Under the pieces are notes generated by a model that saw only the letters and a program-made list of their open reading frames with translations, was not told the DNA's origin and ran no database searches. Of a stretch of 64,000 nucleotides of DNA, positions 41,575 through 52,975 are shown one piece after another. Position 1 is the stretch's first letter, and the number at the start of each line of letters is the position of its first letter. The translations under genes and the position numbers were made by a program. The DNA comes from Camelus ferus (taxonomy: Eukaryota): assembly GCF_009834535.1 (NCBI RefSeq), contig NC_045697.1:22012001-22076000 (forward strand), in the 5' to 3' direction.

Positions 41575-41728
41575 CTCTTTCTCTCTTTCTCTCTTTCTCT
41601 CTTTCTCTCTTTCTTTCTCTCTTTCTTTCTTTCTTTCTCTCTTTCTCTCTTTCTTTCCTTTTCTTTCTCTCTTTCTTTATCTCTTTCTCCCTTTCTCCAT
41701 TTCTCTCTCTTTCTCTCTTTCTCTCTTC
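41519..41728. repeat. (TTTC)n/(TC)n polypyrimidine tract
   Basis: (TTTC)12 at 41526-41573 followed by mixed CT/CTTT units; almost purine-free for ~200 nt. Confidence 0.97.
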
Positions 41729-42539
41729 GACCTGTACTGAGTTTAGAATCATAAATATTTATTGTGGAATTTGTTGAAGGGAAATACAACTGACAGAAAT
41801 TCAGTGTATTGTGTCTTACTACAGTTGGGATTCTCTGGGACAAGGATAATATACATAAATAAAACAAATGCACTGAACTTTGAGTCAGACTTGGAACAGA
41901 GCCTCGTAGGAATAAATGTATGCTTTTTAAAAAATGCATCACAGTAATACAGTTTGTCAATAATCCATCATTAGTGCAACCGGGCCTCTAGCATATCTGG
42001 TATATTAAAAGCCATTCCGGAGCTTTTTCCCGGCATGCTCCACTTAGGGCAGTGTTGATCTGTAGCATCTCACTTGAAAATAAGAACCAGGAAGTTTATT
42101 TTTTTGGCCCTGTACCCAGAAATGGATGCACCCCCTCCAAGAATATCTAGATCACCAAATGTTGCAGACTTAGAAGAGGCTGTCATCTGAGAATTCTTAG
42201 AGATACTTTTATTTGGTAATTAATTATTCTCAGGAAAATTTGATTTTCAGCTTGACTTCCCAGTGCTACTCTAGATTTTACTCTTATGTGCCCCACCTTT
42301 AATTCTCAAATTGTATGTAAACAATGCAAATACATTTCTGCTTTAGAATTAGAAAGACAAAAATGCAAAGAAAACTCACGTGTCTAACCCAAGTAAAGTT
42401 GTAGCTAGACTTCATTTACATGTTTATTGGAGAAAGTCTGAGAAGCAATTTACACATTCACTCTGTGGTGCTTGCTTTGTGCTCACTATTATTTGGATTT
42501 GTGTACTCCTCCTCACCGTTTACTAAGCAAGTGCCGGAA

Positions 42540-42675
42540 TCCCCATGTGAAAGCAAAGGCAAGTGAGGCTCATGGAGATTAAAGAACTTTTTCCAGAGCT
42601 CACAGGTAGTACCACACACAGTTGTGGAATTGGGGCACAAACTCAAATCTGTAAAGACTGAAATACTCATTTTTC
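42540..42675 (-). mobile_element. MIR fragment
   Basis: 'aagtgaggctcatggagattaaagaac...gagctcacag...aaactcaaatctg'. Confidence 0.55.
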
Positions 42676-43134
42676 AAAAAGTACAAAATTATGCATTCAG
42701 GACTTGCAGGGCATTTTTTAAGGAATGCTTTTGGGGATGGTTAAGTACAGAAAGAGTGGTCATTGAATTCTCAAATAAAAAAAGGATAATTAAACTGGAT
42801 GGGTATTTGTATCTTGAGGCAGAAAATAGTCAGTGCATATCTGTTAAATTTTTAAAGTTAAAACATTATCCCTTGCATTATCCTCACAAAGGCATCAATC
42901 TATACAGTCATTCGTGCATTTTGTGCACATCTGCAGTGTACAGATCAGTGCAGAACTGTCCTGGAGGAGAAGAAAGACTATGTGACAGAATGTGGTTTGT
43001 ATTTTCAAGAAGCCCGCAATCTAGGCTGTGTACAGGTATACATTCTGGGAAGTTCTTAGAGAAGGTGTTCAGGATCAAGTTGTTGAAGGAACAACCCACG
43101 CACATTTTAGTGACGTGACAGAGCCCTGTTGTCA

Positions 43135-43505
43135 AGAATGGTTAAGAATGTAGGCTTAAGAATGAAACTGCTGGTGTCTAAAGTCCAGCTTCACCACTTA
43201 TGAGCTCATGATGCTTGGGAGCTCCTTAATCTACCTCTGCTTCCATTGCTTCATGTGTAAAATGAGAAGAACAAATATAACCTATTTCATTCATCTGTTT
43301 GACAAAACTCTGACTTGTATCGCATTTTCTACATGCTGCGCAGTGACCGAAGCACTTTACAAACAATAAGTTGTTGAGTTCTCAGAAGAGCTAGGTGGCT
43401 ACTGTTATTGTTAAATTGAGAGAATAAAAGGCGTTGATGTGTATAAAGTATTTAGAGCTATGGCTGGCGCTAAGTAAGTACACCCTCAGTAAATGCAGCT
43501 TAATA
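43135..43505 (+). mobile_element. MIR SINE (interrupted)
   Basis: 'ggttaagaatgtaggct...gtccagcttcaccactta...ttcatgtgtaaaatgagaa' and, later, 'gtataaagtatttagagc..tggc..taagta..ctcagtaaatg'. Confidence 0.7.
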
Positions 43506-46500
43506 AATCTCATTCTTAGCAAAGAAGCAGGGAAGTATCTTGGAAGCAGAGACATAGCGTGCATAATATACAGAGACAGGAGTAGATACATAGTACATGC
43601 TTACTGAAGTCACAGTCATAGATTTGGTTCTGGTGACCAATAAAGAGAAACTGTCCAGTGGAATGTGACCCAATGAGCTTCTTAATTTCCATTGTAACAT
43701 ATGAGATATGCCAATTATTTACATTTTGATGGCCTAAAAGTAGCCAATAATCTTATTCAGATTTTTCTCTTTGGTTGAGTAGGCATTCTCCATTGTGAGA
43801 GCACATACATTTATCATGGAGTCTTATTCCAGTGATATGAAAAAAATGTAATAAAAAAAATGTGGTTCATTAATAAACATACCTGTTTTTCCTGAATTGA
43901 TTCTTATGGGGGAATGAAAGCCAGTGACCATGGTTCCAAAAGCACGGTCCTCTGGTTGGACTGATTCTCTTTTAATGTGCTTGTTTGCTTTACTCTCAAT
44001 ATAAACATTCACTGTCATGCGTGTGTAAAACTCTCCAATGTTTTCTGGTTTGCCGTTCTGTGGACTCTATAGACAGTGTAGCTTTCCCTTGACCCTGAGG
44101 TTTTTTTTTTTTTTCCCAACCGTAGATATTAATAGCAACACTTAATCCATGCATTTCTTACTCATTCATAATAGTCATTTGACTATGTTTTATAAAAGCT
44201 TCTAATGATCTCTCAGCCTTGTGAGCACTTTCTGAATGTTGCTGTTCTGGCATGTTTTTCTTTGAGTATATGAACCTGGACATGGAGGTTGATGCTTGAG
44301 TTTAACCCAGATTCTAGCTCCTGTGCCGGTGTGCACGTGTCTGCACCGTTTTGTTACTTTATCTTTTTGAACAGGAGCCATCCATCTAGCTGCCATTCAG
44401 TTCAGGGTTTAGCTCTGGGCGGGGAGGAGGTTTTGAGGAACTGACATTGGGGTTTGGGCATGATGAAACAGAGAGACGGCTCTACCCAAGGAACCACGCT
44501 ATAGGCAGGAAAAACAAACAGTTCTGTATAATACAGCACTTAATTCCACAAGCATACAAATACATAAACATGGAAAATTGTCCTTTCATTTTCCTAGTTA
44601 CCAAACAGGTAAGGTCCAAATGTATACAATAATTTGAGAAAGCAAATGGTATGGATTAGCAGAGAGGAAGCTGAGAGGTGGTTTAAGAAATTTCCCCAAT
44701 TATAAGCAAACCCGGAGAGTAAAAACTCTATTAATAAGTCAGATTTTGCTCTTCAGAAGCAAGGTGGTTGGTGGATAGGGTATCAGCGTATCAGTATTTA
44801 AAAGTGGCAGCCTGAACCCACAGGTGTGGCTCTATTTCGTGTAGTAATTGTCATCAGTAACTAACTGATGTTCATAAAGTACTTCTGCAAATGCCAACTG
44901 TTAAAAAATATGCTCAGAACTCTCTCCACATCAATAAAGGGAAATTCTTCTGCCACCAGGTGTCTCGATTGAAACCTTACCACATGTCATTATTTTAAAC
45001 ACATAATAATATTACAATGTCACGCATCCTGGCTTTCAATAAATTTTGGGAAAAAGAACTAAAGAATTTGCGTGATGCACAGTTTTAAGAAATATGCTGA
45101 TTGAAATGTCAGAATCTTTATCATCTTATTGAATACAGTTTGCTCTAAGAAAGTGGGTGGAAACACAGTAATGATATATTGTCGCATGGGCCACTTCATG
45201 GTCTACATTCTTTGTGATATGACAGTTGCTCCATTGACACCATGTTATTTATTGAATAGCAGAGCAAATAGACTAGTAAATCATGATTTCATGTCTAGCC
45301 AATCGGAATCTGCCCTGGTTTTGTGGAGTGCTAAGTTTTTAACTTATTTATTCTGCTTTCTTTTGTTTTTCTCTTTATCAGTCTCTATTTTCTGGCATTC
45401 TTTTCTTTAATGGACTCATCTTGAGACATTTTACAATGTACCGCATGTCAAATCCAATTCAACTAAGATGCCTAAATGCGCATTATTTAAATTAAATACG
45501 AATGTTTTGAAAAGTATATACTTATCTCATGATTGCTTAAAACTGCATTTCCACATTATGTCTGTTGTAGATTTGAATCTTGTCAATGTATGCAGGAACC
45601 AAAGTTAGGTTTAAAAAAAAAAAACTCAGAAAATGCATTATTCACATCACATACGTCTGTACATCTGATAGTGTAATTAGCCATCAGAAGTACTACATGC
45701 AGTGAGGTAATAGAGCCGTTATAATTTTTTACATCCTGCTGTTGATGGGTTTAGGTACCACATTTTGCACATTTTCTGTTTCATTATTTTGGACTAAAAA
45801 AAGATAAAAATAAAATAACATGTTTTCTTTATTTTAGTCCTTTTTTAATCATCCTTCACGCTTCTTTTGCTTTCCTTCCGTGTCTGGCTCTTGTTTCCCC
45901 AGTTTAGATAGGACTTGTTTTTCTTCGTTTATCTTTACTCCTTCCTGGCCTGTAGTGCTAACACTAATAATAACAATAGAAATCTTGGACCTAAATCTGG
46001 GGGATTTCGGAGGTCACTGAGGTTACGTCTCTGCTTTTAGTTAGCATTCTAGCCATTCCAGAGTGAGAATTATTTATGCTCGTCTCGACATCACCACAGA
46101 TTTCTTGAATCTCTCAAATTATCTTTGATCTTATTTTTCTAAAAGTTTGATGCATCCTAACATTGACTGCTCTAGCTAAAATATCACCTAATTCTTATCT
46201 CTTCACCATGCCTGCAGGTTTCCACTACTTTCTTCTACTTCAACTCATTTCACTCTTTTTTTCTTTTTCCCTCTGTGTACTGGACTGTTGACTTCTCTCT
46301 GTTAGATATAGCAAAGGTCTAATCACTTTTATGAGACTGAGAACATTTCATCAAAGTGATTTTCTGGAAAGATGTGCACTCAGACATGTCACTAGTTAGC
46401 TATTTCCCACAAGTGGGCTCACTTACATTAACACTTGGCGTTTCTACACTCTCTGTGCCCTGCTAGCTGTCTTGTGTAGCTGTCCGGTTATCTGTGATAT

Positions 46501-46709
46501 GTCAGCTTCCTCTCCAGTGGGCCAGATTTTCTCTCTCATAAGCTTCATCCTTTTATGCCTGGACAGTTAAAAAGACAAAAAGGGTCATAACTGGAATTTA
46601 TTTGCATGAAATATGTTTCTGCTCTGAGATGCCACCATCTTGAGAACTACTCCAGAAAAGACAAAGGGTATGTATGGGATTTGATTAACTCACAGAACTG
46701 TGTTCCAAT

Positions 46710-46845
46710 CTTGATCCTGGCATTGAGTGGCGATGGGTCAAAAACCTCATCTGTAAGATGATTATGACAACTATCCACAAGTAATGTAAGTTTTAACTTA
46801 AGCGAGGTAACGTGTAAAGTTCTGGGCACGAGTTCCTGGCAAAGG
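46710..46845 (+). mobile_element. MIR fragment
   Basis: 'cctcatctgtaagatg...gaggtaacgtgtaaagttctgggcacgagttcctggca'. Confidence 0.55.
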
Positions 46846-47468
46846 GATAGGGGTCATAGATATGAATATGCCAAGAGATTTAAAAATCATTTTTTCTTCC
46901 ATCATTTAAATAATCTATGAAACGATTCCTAACTGATTGATTAAAACAGAAACAAACCAAAAATCAACAGAAAAGGCAGAAGGGTCCCTACTCATTGTGC
47001 ACACCGCCCCTCCTCCATCAGGTGACTCCAAACCAGGAAGAGATACATTGAAGTCAAGCTTAGCTACAATGTACCCAGCAAACGGCAGGGTGATGTAAGG
47101 CCTATTTTTCTTTCTAGCTACGGGAGCAAAGTCGCATCTGTACAGTGGACGTGAACCACCTAGTCACAGGGTTATTATTGATGTGGATACAGCCATCAGT
47201 AAAGCTTCCTTGTCATGCTCTGCTAGGCAAGTGTTCATTCTGCTAATAAGTTCTGTGCCTAAAATTAAAGTTACATAGATAGTTCCTATTTCAGATGTCT
47301 TATAATGTTCACAAATTTGTATTTTCAATGTACACCCATTCATTGAGATCTAATCACATATGAATCAGTACTTAAGTGATTTGTCATTTTTCTAAACCCC
47401 CCAAAATGGCTCTTCAACAAAGCACAGTAACTCACACATGACTAAATGGGATTTGTTAAATTTCTTTT

Positions 47469-48618
47469 TTATTTATTTTTTATTGAACTATATGTGATTT
47501 ACAATGTTGTATTAGTTTCTGGTGTACAGCATAGTGATTTAGTCATACCTATGTATACATATTCTTTTTCGTATTATTTTTCATTATAGGTTATTACAAG
47601 ATTTTGAATACAGTTTCCTGTGCTATACAGTAGGACTTTGTTGTTTATCTATTTTATATGTAGTAGTTTGTATCTGCTAATTCCAAACTTCCAATTTATC
47701 CCTCCCTCCCCTTTCCTCTTTGGTAACCATAAGTTTGTTTTCTATGTCTGTGAGTCTGTTTCTGTTTTGTAAATGAATTCATTTGTTTCACTTTTTTTAG
47801 ATTCCACATACAAGTGATATCAAGTGATATTTGTCTTTCTCTGTCTGACTTGCTTCACTTAGTATGATAATCTCTAGGTTTCTCTATGTTGCTGCGAATG
47901 GCATTATTTTATTCTTCTTTTATGGCTGAGTAGTATTCCATTGTATAAATATACAACTTCTTTATCCAATCATCTGTCAATCGACATTTAAGTTGTTTAC
48001 ATGTCTTGGCTATTGTAAATAGTACTGCTATGAACATTGGGGTGCATGTATCTTTTCAAATTAGAGTCTCCTCTGGATATATGCCCAGGAGTGGGATTGC
48101 TGGATCATATGGTAACTGTATTTTTAGTTTTCTTTTTTTTTTTTTTTTTAAGGAATCTTCATACTGTTTTCTATAGTGGCTGCACCAAAGTACATTCCCA
48201 CCAACAGTGTAGAAGGGTTCCCTTTTCTCCACATCCTCCCCAGTATTTATTGTTTGTGAACTTTTTATTTATGGCCATTCTGACTGGTATGTGTTGATAC
48301 CTCATTGTAGTTTTGATTTGCATTTCTTTGATAGTTAGCGATATTGAGCATTTTTTCATGTGTCTATTGGCCATCTGTATGTCTTCAATAGAGAAAGTCT
48401 GTTTCAGTCTTCTGCCCATTTTTTGACTGAGTTGTTTGGGTTTTGGCTTTTTTTTTGTTATTGAGTTGTATGAGCTGTTTGTATATTCTGGAAGCTAAGC
48501 CCTTGTCTGTCACATTGTTTGCAAATATTTTCTCCCGGTCTATAAGTTTTCTTTCCGTTTGTCTTATGGTTTCCTTTGCTATGCAAAAACTTCTGACTTT
48601 AATTAGGTCCCATTTGTT
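47469..48618 (-). mobile_element. 5'-truncated L1 (ORF2 C-terminus, 3'UTR, polyA) with 13-bp TSD
   Basis: ORF 48171-48419 ([14 protein letters not shown]...[10 protein letters not shown]...[21 protein letters not shown]) is the L1 ORF2p C-terminal region; TSD ttaaatttctttt at 47456-47468 and 48619-48631; minus-strand TT|AAAA endonuclease site. Confidence 0.95.
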
Positions 48619-49145
48619 TTAAATTTCTTTTAAAAAATACAAAATTATTCCCACCTAGAACTGAGCTCAACATCGCAAGTTGAGGCAGCGTTGTGAGCTT
48701 TTTCTTGCTGTGGGTAAATGAAACTTGGTTTCAGCTAGAAAAGATACAACCTATAGTAACATAAAAATAGACCCTGTGACTCCACTGTTGAAGAATTTTA
48801 TCTCACTTATCTGTCATATGCAGTCAGAATGGAGTCTACCTTTTAGGCCCCGGAAGATTTTTTTTTTCCTTTCTTTTATGTTACTGGATATATTCTGTGT
48901 ACCCTGTAATTAAATACCTCATGAGCATTGACCAATTCTTGGTTAATGTGATGTTATATTAACTGATAGCAAGGAAGCCTGTTGCTCTTTTGCTTATCAG
49001 TGTTTAAACTGGGATAAGAAAGCTCTAATGACTCATAGTCACAAGCCTGGATTTCTGAATCAGACCTTACTATTCATCTCCAACTAATATAGTTCTTATC
49101 TCATATTATTGTTGTTAGAGTAAATAAAAGTATAAATTTACCCCA

Positions 49146-49160
49146 GTGTGTGTGTGTGTA

Positions 49161-49194
<34 letters not shown>
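49146..49194. repeat. (TG)n microsatellite
   Basis: directly visible, one interruption. Confidence 0.95.
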
Positions 49195-49195
<1 letters not shown>

Positions 49196-49217
49196 ATGCT
49201 TAAAGAAATTTCTAGCT

Positions 49218-49440
49218 ATTCATTCATTAATTTAAATCAAGAAAAATCAAGAAACATTGATGGGCCTGCCAGGTGCCTTGCATTGTCATGGCATGGATAT
49301 GAGATATGATGAAGGACACAGCCCCTGTCCTGCAGACTGTCCCTGTCTAGTGAGTAAGACAAATATATTAACCACCAGTTAATGTGATCAATTCATTAAT
49401 AGAGGAGTAGATTGAGTTCAGGAGAACAGTGTGGCAGGTC
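49218..49440 (-). mobile_element. L2 3' end fragment
   Basis: 'attcattcatt...ccaggtgcc...acacagcccctgtcctgca...tctagtg'. Confidence 0.55.
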
Positions 49441-49684
49441 AGAATCCTCAGTCAAAGTCAAAGAAGGTAGGCTCTTTGCATTTTCTACTGAAATATCTCT
49501 ATAGCAGAAGGTGGAAGCTTGTTTGGCATCCCATGTGGAATGAGATTCTTCGTTGACTTCAAGCAAAAACAATCCGCATTTGTGAGAGTGTTTCCTGGCC
49601 CTTAAGGACAGCAATGTTCAGTGCTTGAAAGTGTATCTAGAGTGTGTGTGTGTGCATGTGCGTGTACTGAAACATCTCTGGATA

Positions 49685-49686
<2 letters not shown>

Positions 49687-49718
<32 letters not shown>
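49687..49718. repeat. (AC)16 microsatellite
   Basis: perfect run. Confidence 0.97.
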
Positions 49719-49721
<3 letters not shown>

Positions 49722-49723
49722 TC

Positions 49724-50262
49724 TTACATTACTCTTCTACTGCTGCTGTAACAATTACCCAAATTAAGTGTCTTAAAGCATCCCAAATTTATTATCTCAC
49801 AATTCTGGAGGTCAGAAGTCTGAAATGAGACTCAGGGAGCTAAATCAAGGCGCCAACAGGGTTGCATTCCATTCTGGAGGCTCTAGGAGAGGATCTGCTT
49901 TTGCCTTTCCAGCTTTTAAAGCCTGGCTGAATTTCTTGGCTCACAGCCCCTTCTTCCATCTTCTGAGTCAGCAGTGACCAGTAGAGGAGCTCTCACACCC
50001 CATCAGCCCGGCACTGACTTCTTCTGCCTCCTTTACCTGCATCTAAGGGACAGTGTGACTACACTGGCTGACTGCAATAATCCAGGGTAATCTATTTTAT
50101 TGTCCACTGATTGGCAAACATAATTCTGCCTGCAACCTTAATGTCACCCCTGACCACCACCAACCCCCTGCCAGGTAACATGATATACTCATGGATTCTG
50201 GGGATTCAAATGTGAATATCTTTGTTGGGGGGGGGGGTGTGTGCTTTATTTTGATGCCAGAA
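49724..50262 (-). mobile_element. MLT1D-like MaLR solo LTR
   Basis: 'tgctgctgtaacaattaccc...tttattatctcacaattctggaggtcagaagtctgaaat...ttctggaggctctagg...taatccagggtaatct...ttctggggatt..gtgaatatctttg'. Confidence 0.88.
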
Positions 50263-50734
50263 AAGTATACATTTTTTTCCAGTTAAGAATTGGATATTAG
50301 GGAGGAAATTAAGAATATGAGCAATAAACTGAAAGTCTCTTTCCATCTGCACAGTAGAGAGAAGACCAGGACTTGAATTTCTTGTTAAGACCCTTCCCTG
50401 TTCCATAAACTGTGTACCATATTGAGACAAAAATTATGCAGGTAAACAAATGGGAAGTATCATATAGTTATCATATAAAAAGGATTAAACTCACATTCTG
50501 TACATTTTGGGTGAGGGAGAGATGGGAGAAAATGATCTCTGTGAAATAAGTAGGAGGCGGTGCATTTTGATGATGGGACCCCAGATCCAGGGCAGATGGA
50601 GAGAAAGAATATCGTTACAAACTTTAGATCTCATTCAAAATTGAGATCTATCCAGCATCTAAAAAAACAATGACCATTTTCCTTTATATTTCTTCCTTGT
50701 TCAGTGAAAATGTAAACGCTATGAGTGGTAAAGT

Positions 50735-51125
50735 AACACTACATTACAGCACTTACCACATGCCAAGCGATCTTCAAACTGCCTTACGTCTATTAATTGT
50801 TTATTCATCACCATGCTGTCTCCTTGAGCATCTGTACAGTCACACAGGCCCCACTCTGGGAAGCCCCCACCCCCTCAGTTTAATGCTCTGCTGTCACTAT
50901 TGAAATTCTTCATCGTTTTTGAAGGATGGACCCTTTTTTTTGTATTTGGCACAAGACCCTATAAATTGTTTAGTTGGTCCTGTTCATCACACCAAAGCTT
51001 TACACTAGATAAAAATTTTACCAACATTTTGTAAAAGAGAAATGGAGACACAGAAGGGTTAACTGTCCAAGGTCACACTGAGGTCTGTGGGAGAGCCAGG
51101 ATTTGGACCTCAGGAGAAAGAGCTC
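50735..51125 (-). mobile_element. MIR SINE interrupted by MER91A
   Basis: 'agcacttaccacatgccaagc' ... 'gaaatggagacacagaagggttaactgtccaaggtcacac...gagccaggatttggacc'. Confidence 0.75.
50812..50982. mobile_element. MER91A-like hAT-Tip100 MITE with perfect 8-bp TSD
   Basis: 'ctgtacagtcacacaggccc...gtttaatgctctgctgtc...tgaaattctt...tagttggtcctg'; TSD ttcatcac at 50804-50811 and 50983-50990. Confidence 0.85.
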
Positions 51126-51879
51126 GGAACCGCCTCAGTCTCCTCCTCCTTTGAAGGCAGAGGTAGTATTTTCTTCCCAACTATGACCCACTGTCTGCTA
51201 CCTGGTTAATTTTCGCTAAGTGCTTGTTGAACTAAATTATATGTGATGGTCTTTGGTAAAAATATTCATTTCATTTTTCAACGAATAGAGATGAAAGTAA
51301 AAAAAAAAAAAAAAAAAAGATCCTGAATCTTTTCCAAGACATTTGTTCAAACAGGCTAAAATTGTCTTTTTTTCTTTTCACATAATCATGTCTAAGGATA
51401 TTCCCTTGTTCAAAGTCCATTATTGATTATTTATTAGTTAGATTATATAGCAAGATATTCTGGGGAGCACTGATAAAACTACACAAAGCAATATTTTACC
51501 ACTGTCCTAATTTAGCCTTAAAAATCTTAAATTTTAGAAGCAGTGATATTATAGAAATCCATGAATAAAATTAAGAAGTATAATTACATGTCTGTTCAAT
51601 AGAGTGAGAAATAAGAAAGCCGTATATAGTATTAAACAGGTAGGGTAGGAGGAGCAATTGAGAGGGTTTGTTGGTTGTTAGGATTCAAATTAATTTAATA
51701 TGCATTTTCTGAGGTTTGCTGTGTGCTAATGCTAGGCTGTGTGAGGGAAATTTTAGTAATAATTTTATTAGTGATAATAATAAAAAATCATCCTCAGGGA
51801 ACACGGAGTTCCATGGGTGGAGAGGTTCAATCATATGGTGGTCTCATCAGAAAGGGTCCATGACAAGGGCTGGAAGAGA

Positions 51880-52075
51880 CAGCGTAGTAAGAACCTGAGG
51901 CAAGCACTTTGACATTGTAATGTTTATTCTACCAATTTATAACATGTGTAACTTTGGGCAACTCACAGCCCTTCAGTATCTCCATTTCACCATCTGCAGA
52001 GTGGTGCTAATAGCATCTTTTCTACCTACTTCACGAGGTGATGTAAGTACTTACTGGATCCTTGAATGTGAATAC
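51880..52075 (+). mobile_element. MIR SINE
   Basis: 'tgtgtaactttgggcaactcac...tctccatttcaccatctgcagagtgg...tctacctacttcacgagg'. Confidence 0.7.
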
Positions 52076-52599
52076 ATGTTGATTTTTTTTAAAGGGAAGA
52101 GGAGGGAGGTATTGAACAGAGATGTTTTTCTTGCACTAAGAATAGTTCCAAACAAGGTATAGGCAATAAATCACAAGTATGAATAAGCAAGCCTTATTTC
52201 ACAGTAAACACAGCTACATTATTTGAATCTCTATTTTTCTACCTTACATAATCCATATTCAGTTGACTCAGACAGCGATTGGACCAAAACAAAAATACTG
52301 AAGATCTTAGCAGCGCTAATTTACTCTAATCCTTAATTTACAATCTTAAGTGTGTAATTCGTATTTGGTTGACTCAGTTAATAGGGGAGCCAAAACATGA
52401 AGCTAACTTATTTGATTCATTTAATCATTTACTGGACATTTACTATTTATAAGTCATTGCAAGTAATGTAGAGATGAATAAGATAAGATACAGTCTGTAC
52501 CTTTATGGAGACCATGGTTTGCTAGTGATAATGGCAATAAAATTTGGCATTTTTTTTTTCCCTTTATTTGCTTTTGGGAACATGTCCTTTTGTTTTTGT

Positions 52600-52875
52600 A
52601 TTTAATTTTTTTTTTAAATTGAAGTATAGTTGATTTACAATGTTGTGTTAATTTCTGGTGTACAGCATAGCGAGTCATATATAGATATATACTCCTTTTC
52701 CTATTCTTTTTCATTATAGGTCATTCTAAAGTATTGAATATATTTCCCTGTGCTATACAGTAGGACCTCGTTGTTTATCTACTTTATATATAGTAGTTAG
52801 TATCTAAAAATCCCAAACTCCCAGTTTATCCCTTTCTACCCTTTTTCTTCCCGGTAACTGTAAGTTTGTTTTCTA
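52600..52875 (-). mobile_element. L1 3'UTR/polyA fragment
   Basis: collinear with ~47470-47745: 'attgaagtatagttgatttacaatgttgtg...cctgtgctatacagtaggacc...taagtttgttttcta'. Confidence 0.92.
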
Positions 52876-52975
52876 TTTTTATTTTATTTATTTACTTATT
52901 TAATGGAGGTACTGGGGATTAAACCCAGGACCTCATGCGTGCTAAATGTGCACCCTACCACTGAGCTATCCCCAC
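52876..52975 (-). mobile_element. tRNA-derived SINE, Vic-1-like
   Basis: minus strand GATAGCTCAGTGGTAG...GAGGTCCTGGGTTTAATCCCCAGTACCTCCATTAAATAAGTAAATAAAT. Confidence 0.88.

Noticed and set aside
41462..41960. K/E/R-rich and F/L/S-rich ORFs up to 162 aa
   Set aside because: Translations of the (TTTC)n/(TC)n microsatellite.
42624..43118. Longest ORF in the track (164 aa)
   Set aside because: Non-ATG start inside a MIR, no recognisable domain, no splice support; expected by chance.
48171..48419. ORF with Cys/His motif HCWWEC
   Set aside because: Disrupted L1 ORF2 C-terminus, not a host gene.
49642..49718. (GT)n...(AC)n inverted arrangement as a hairpin RNA
   Set aside because: Simple-repeat complementarity with a short stem and no miRNA-like features.
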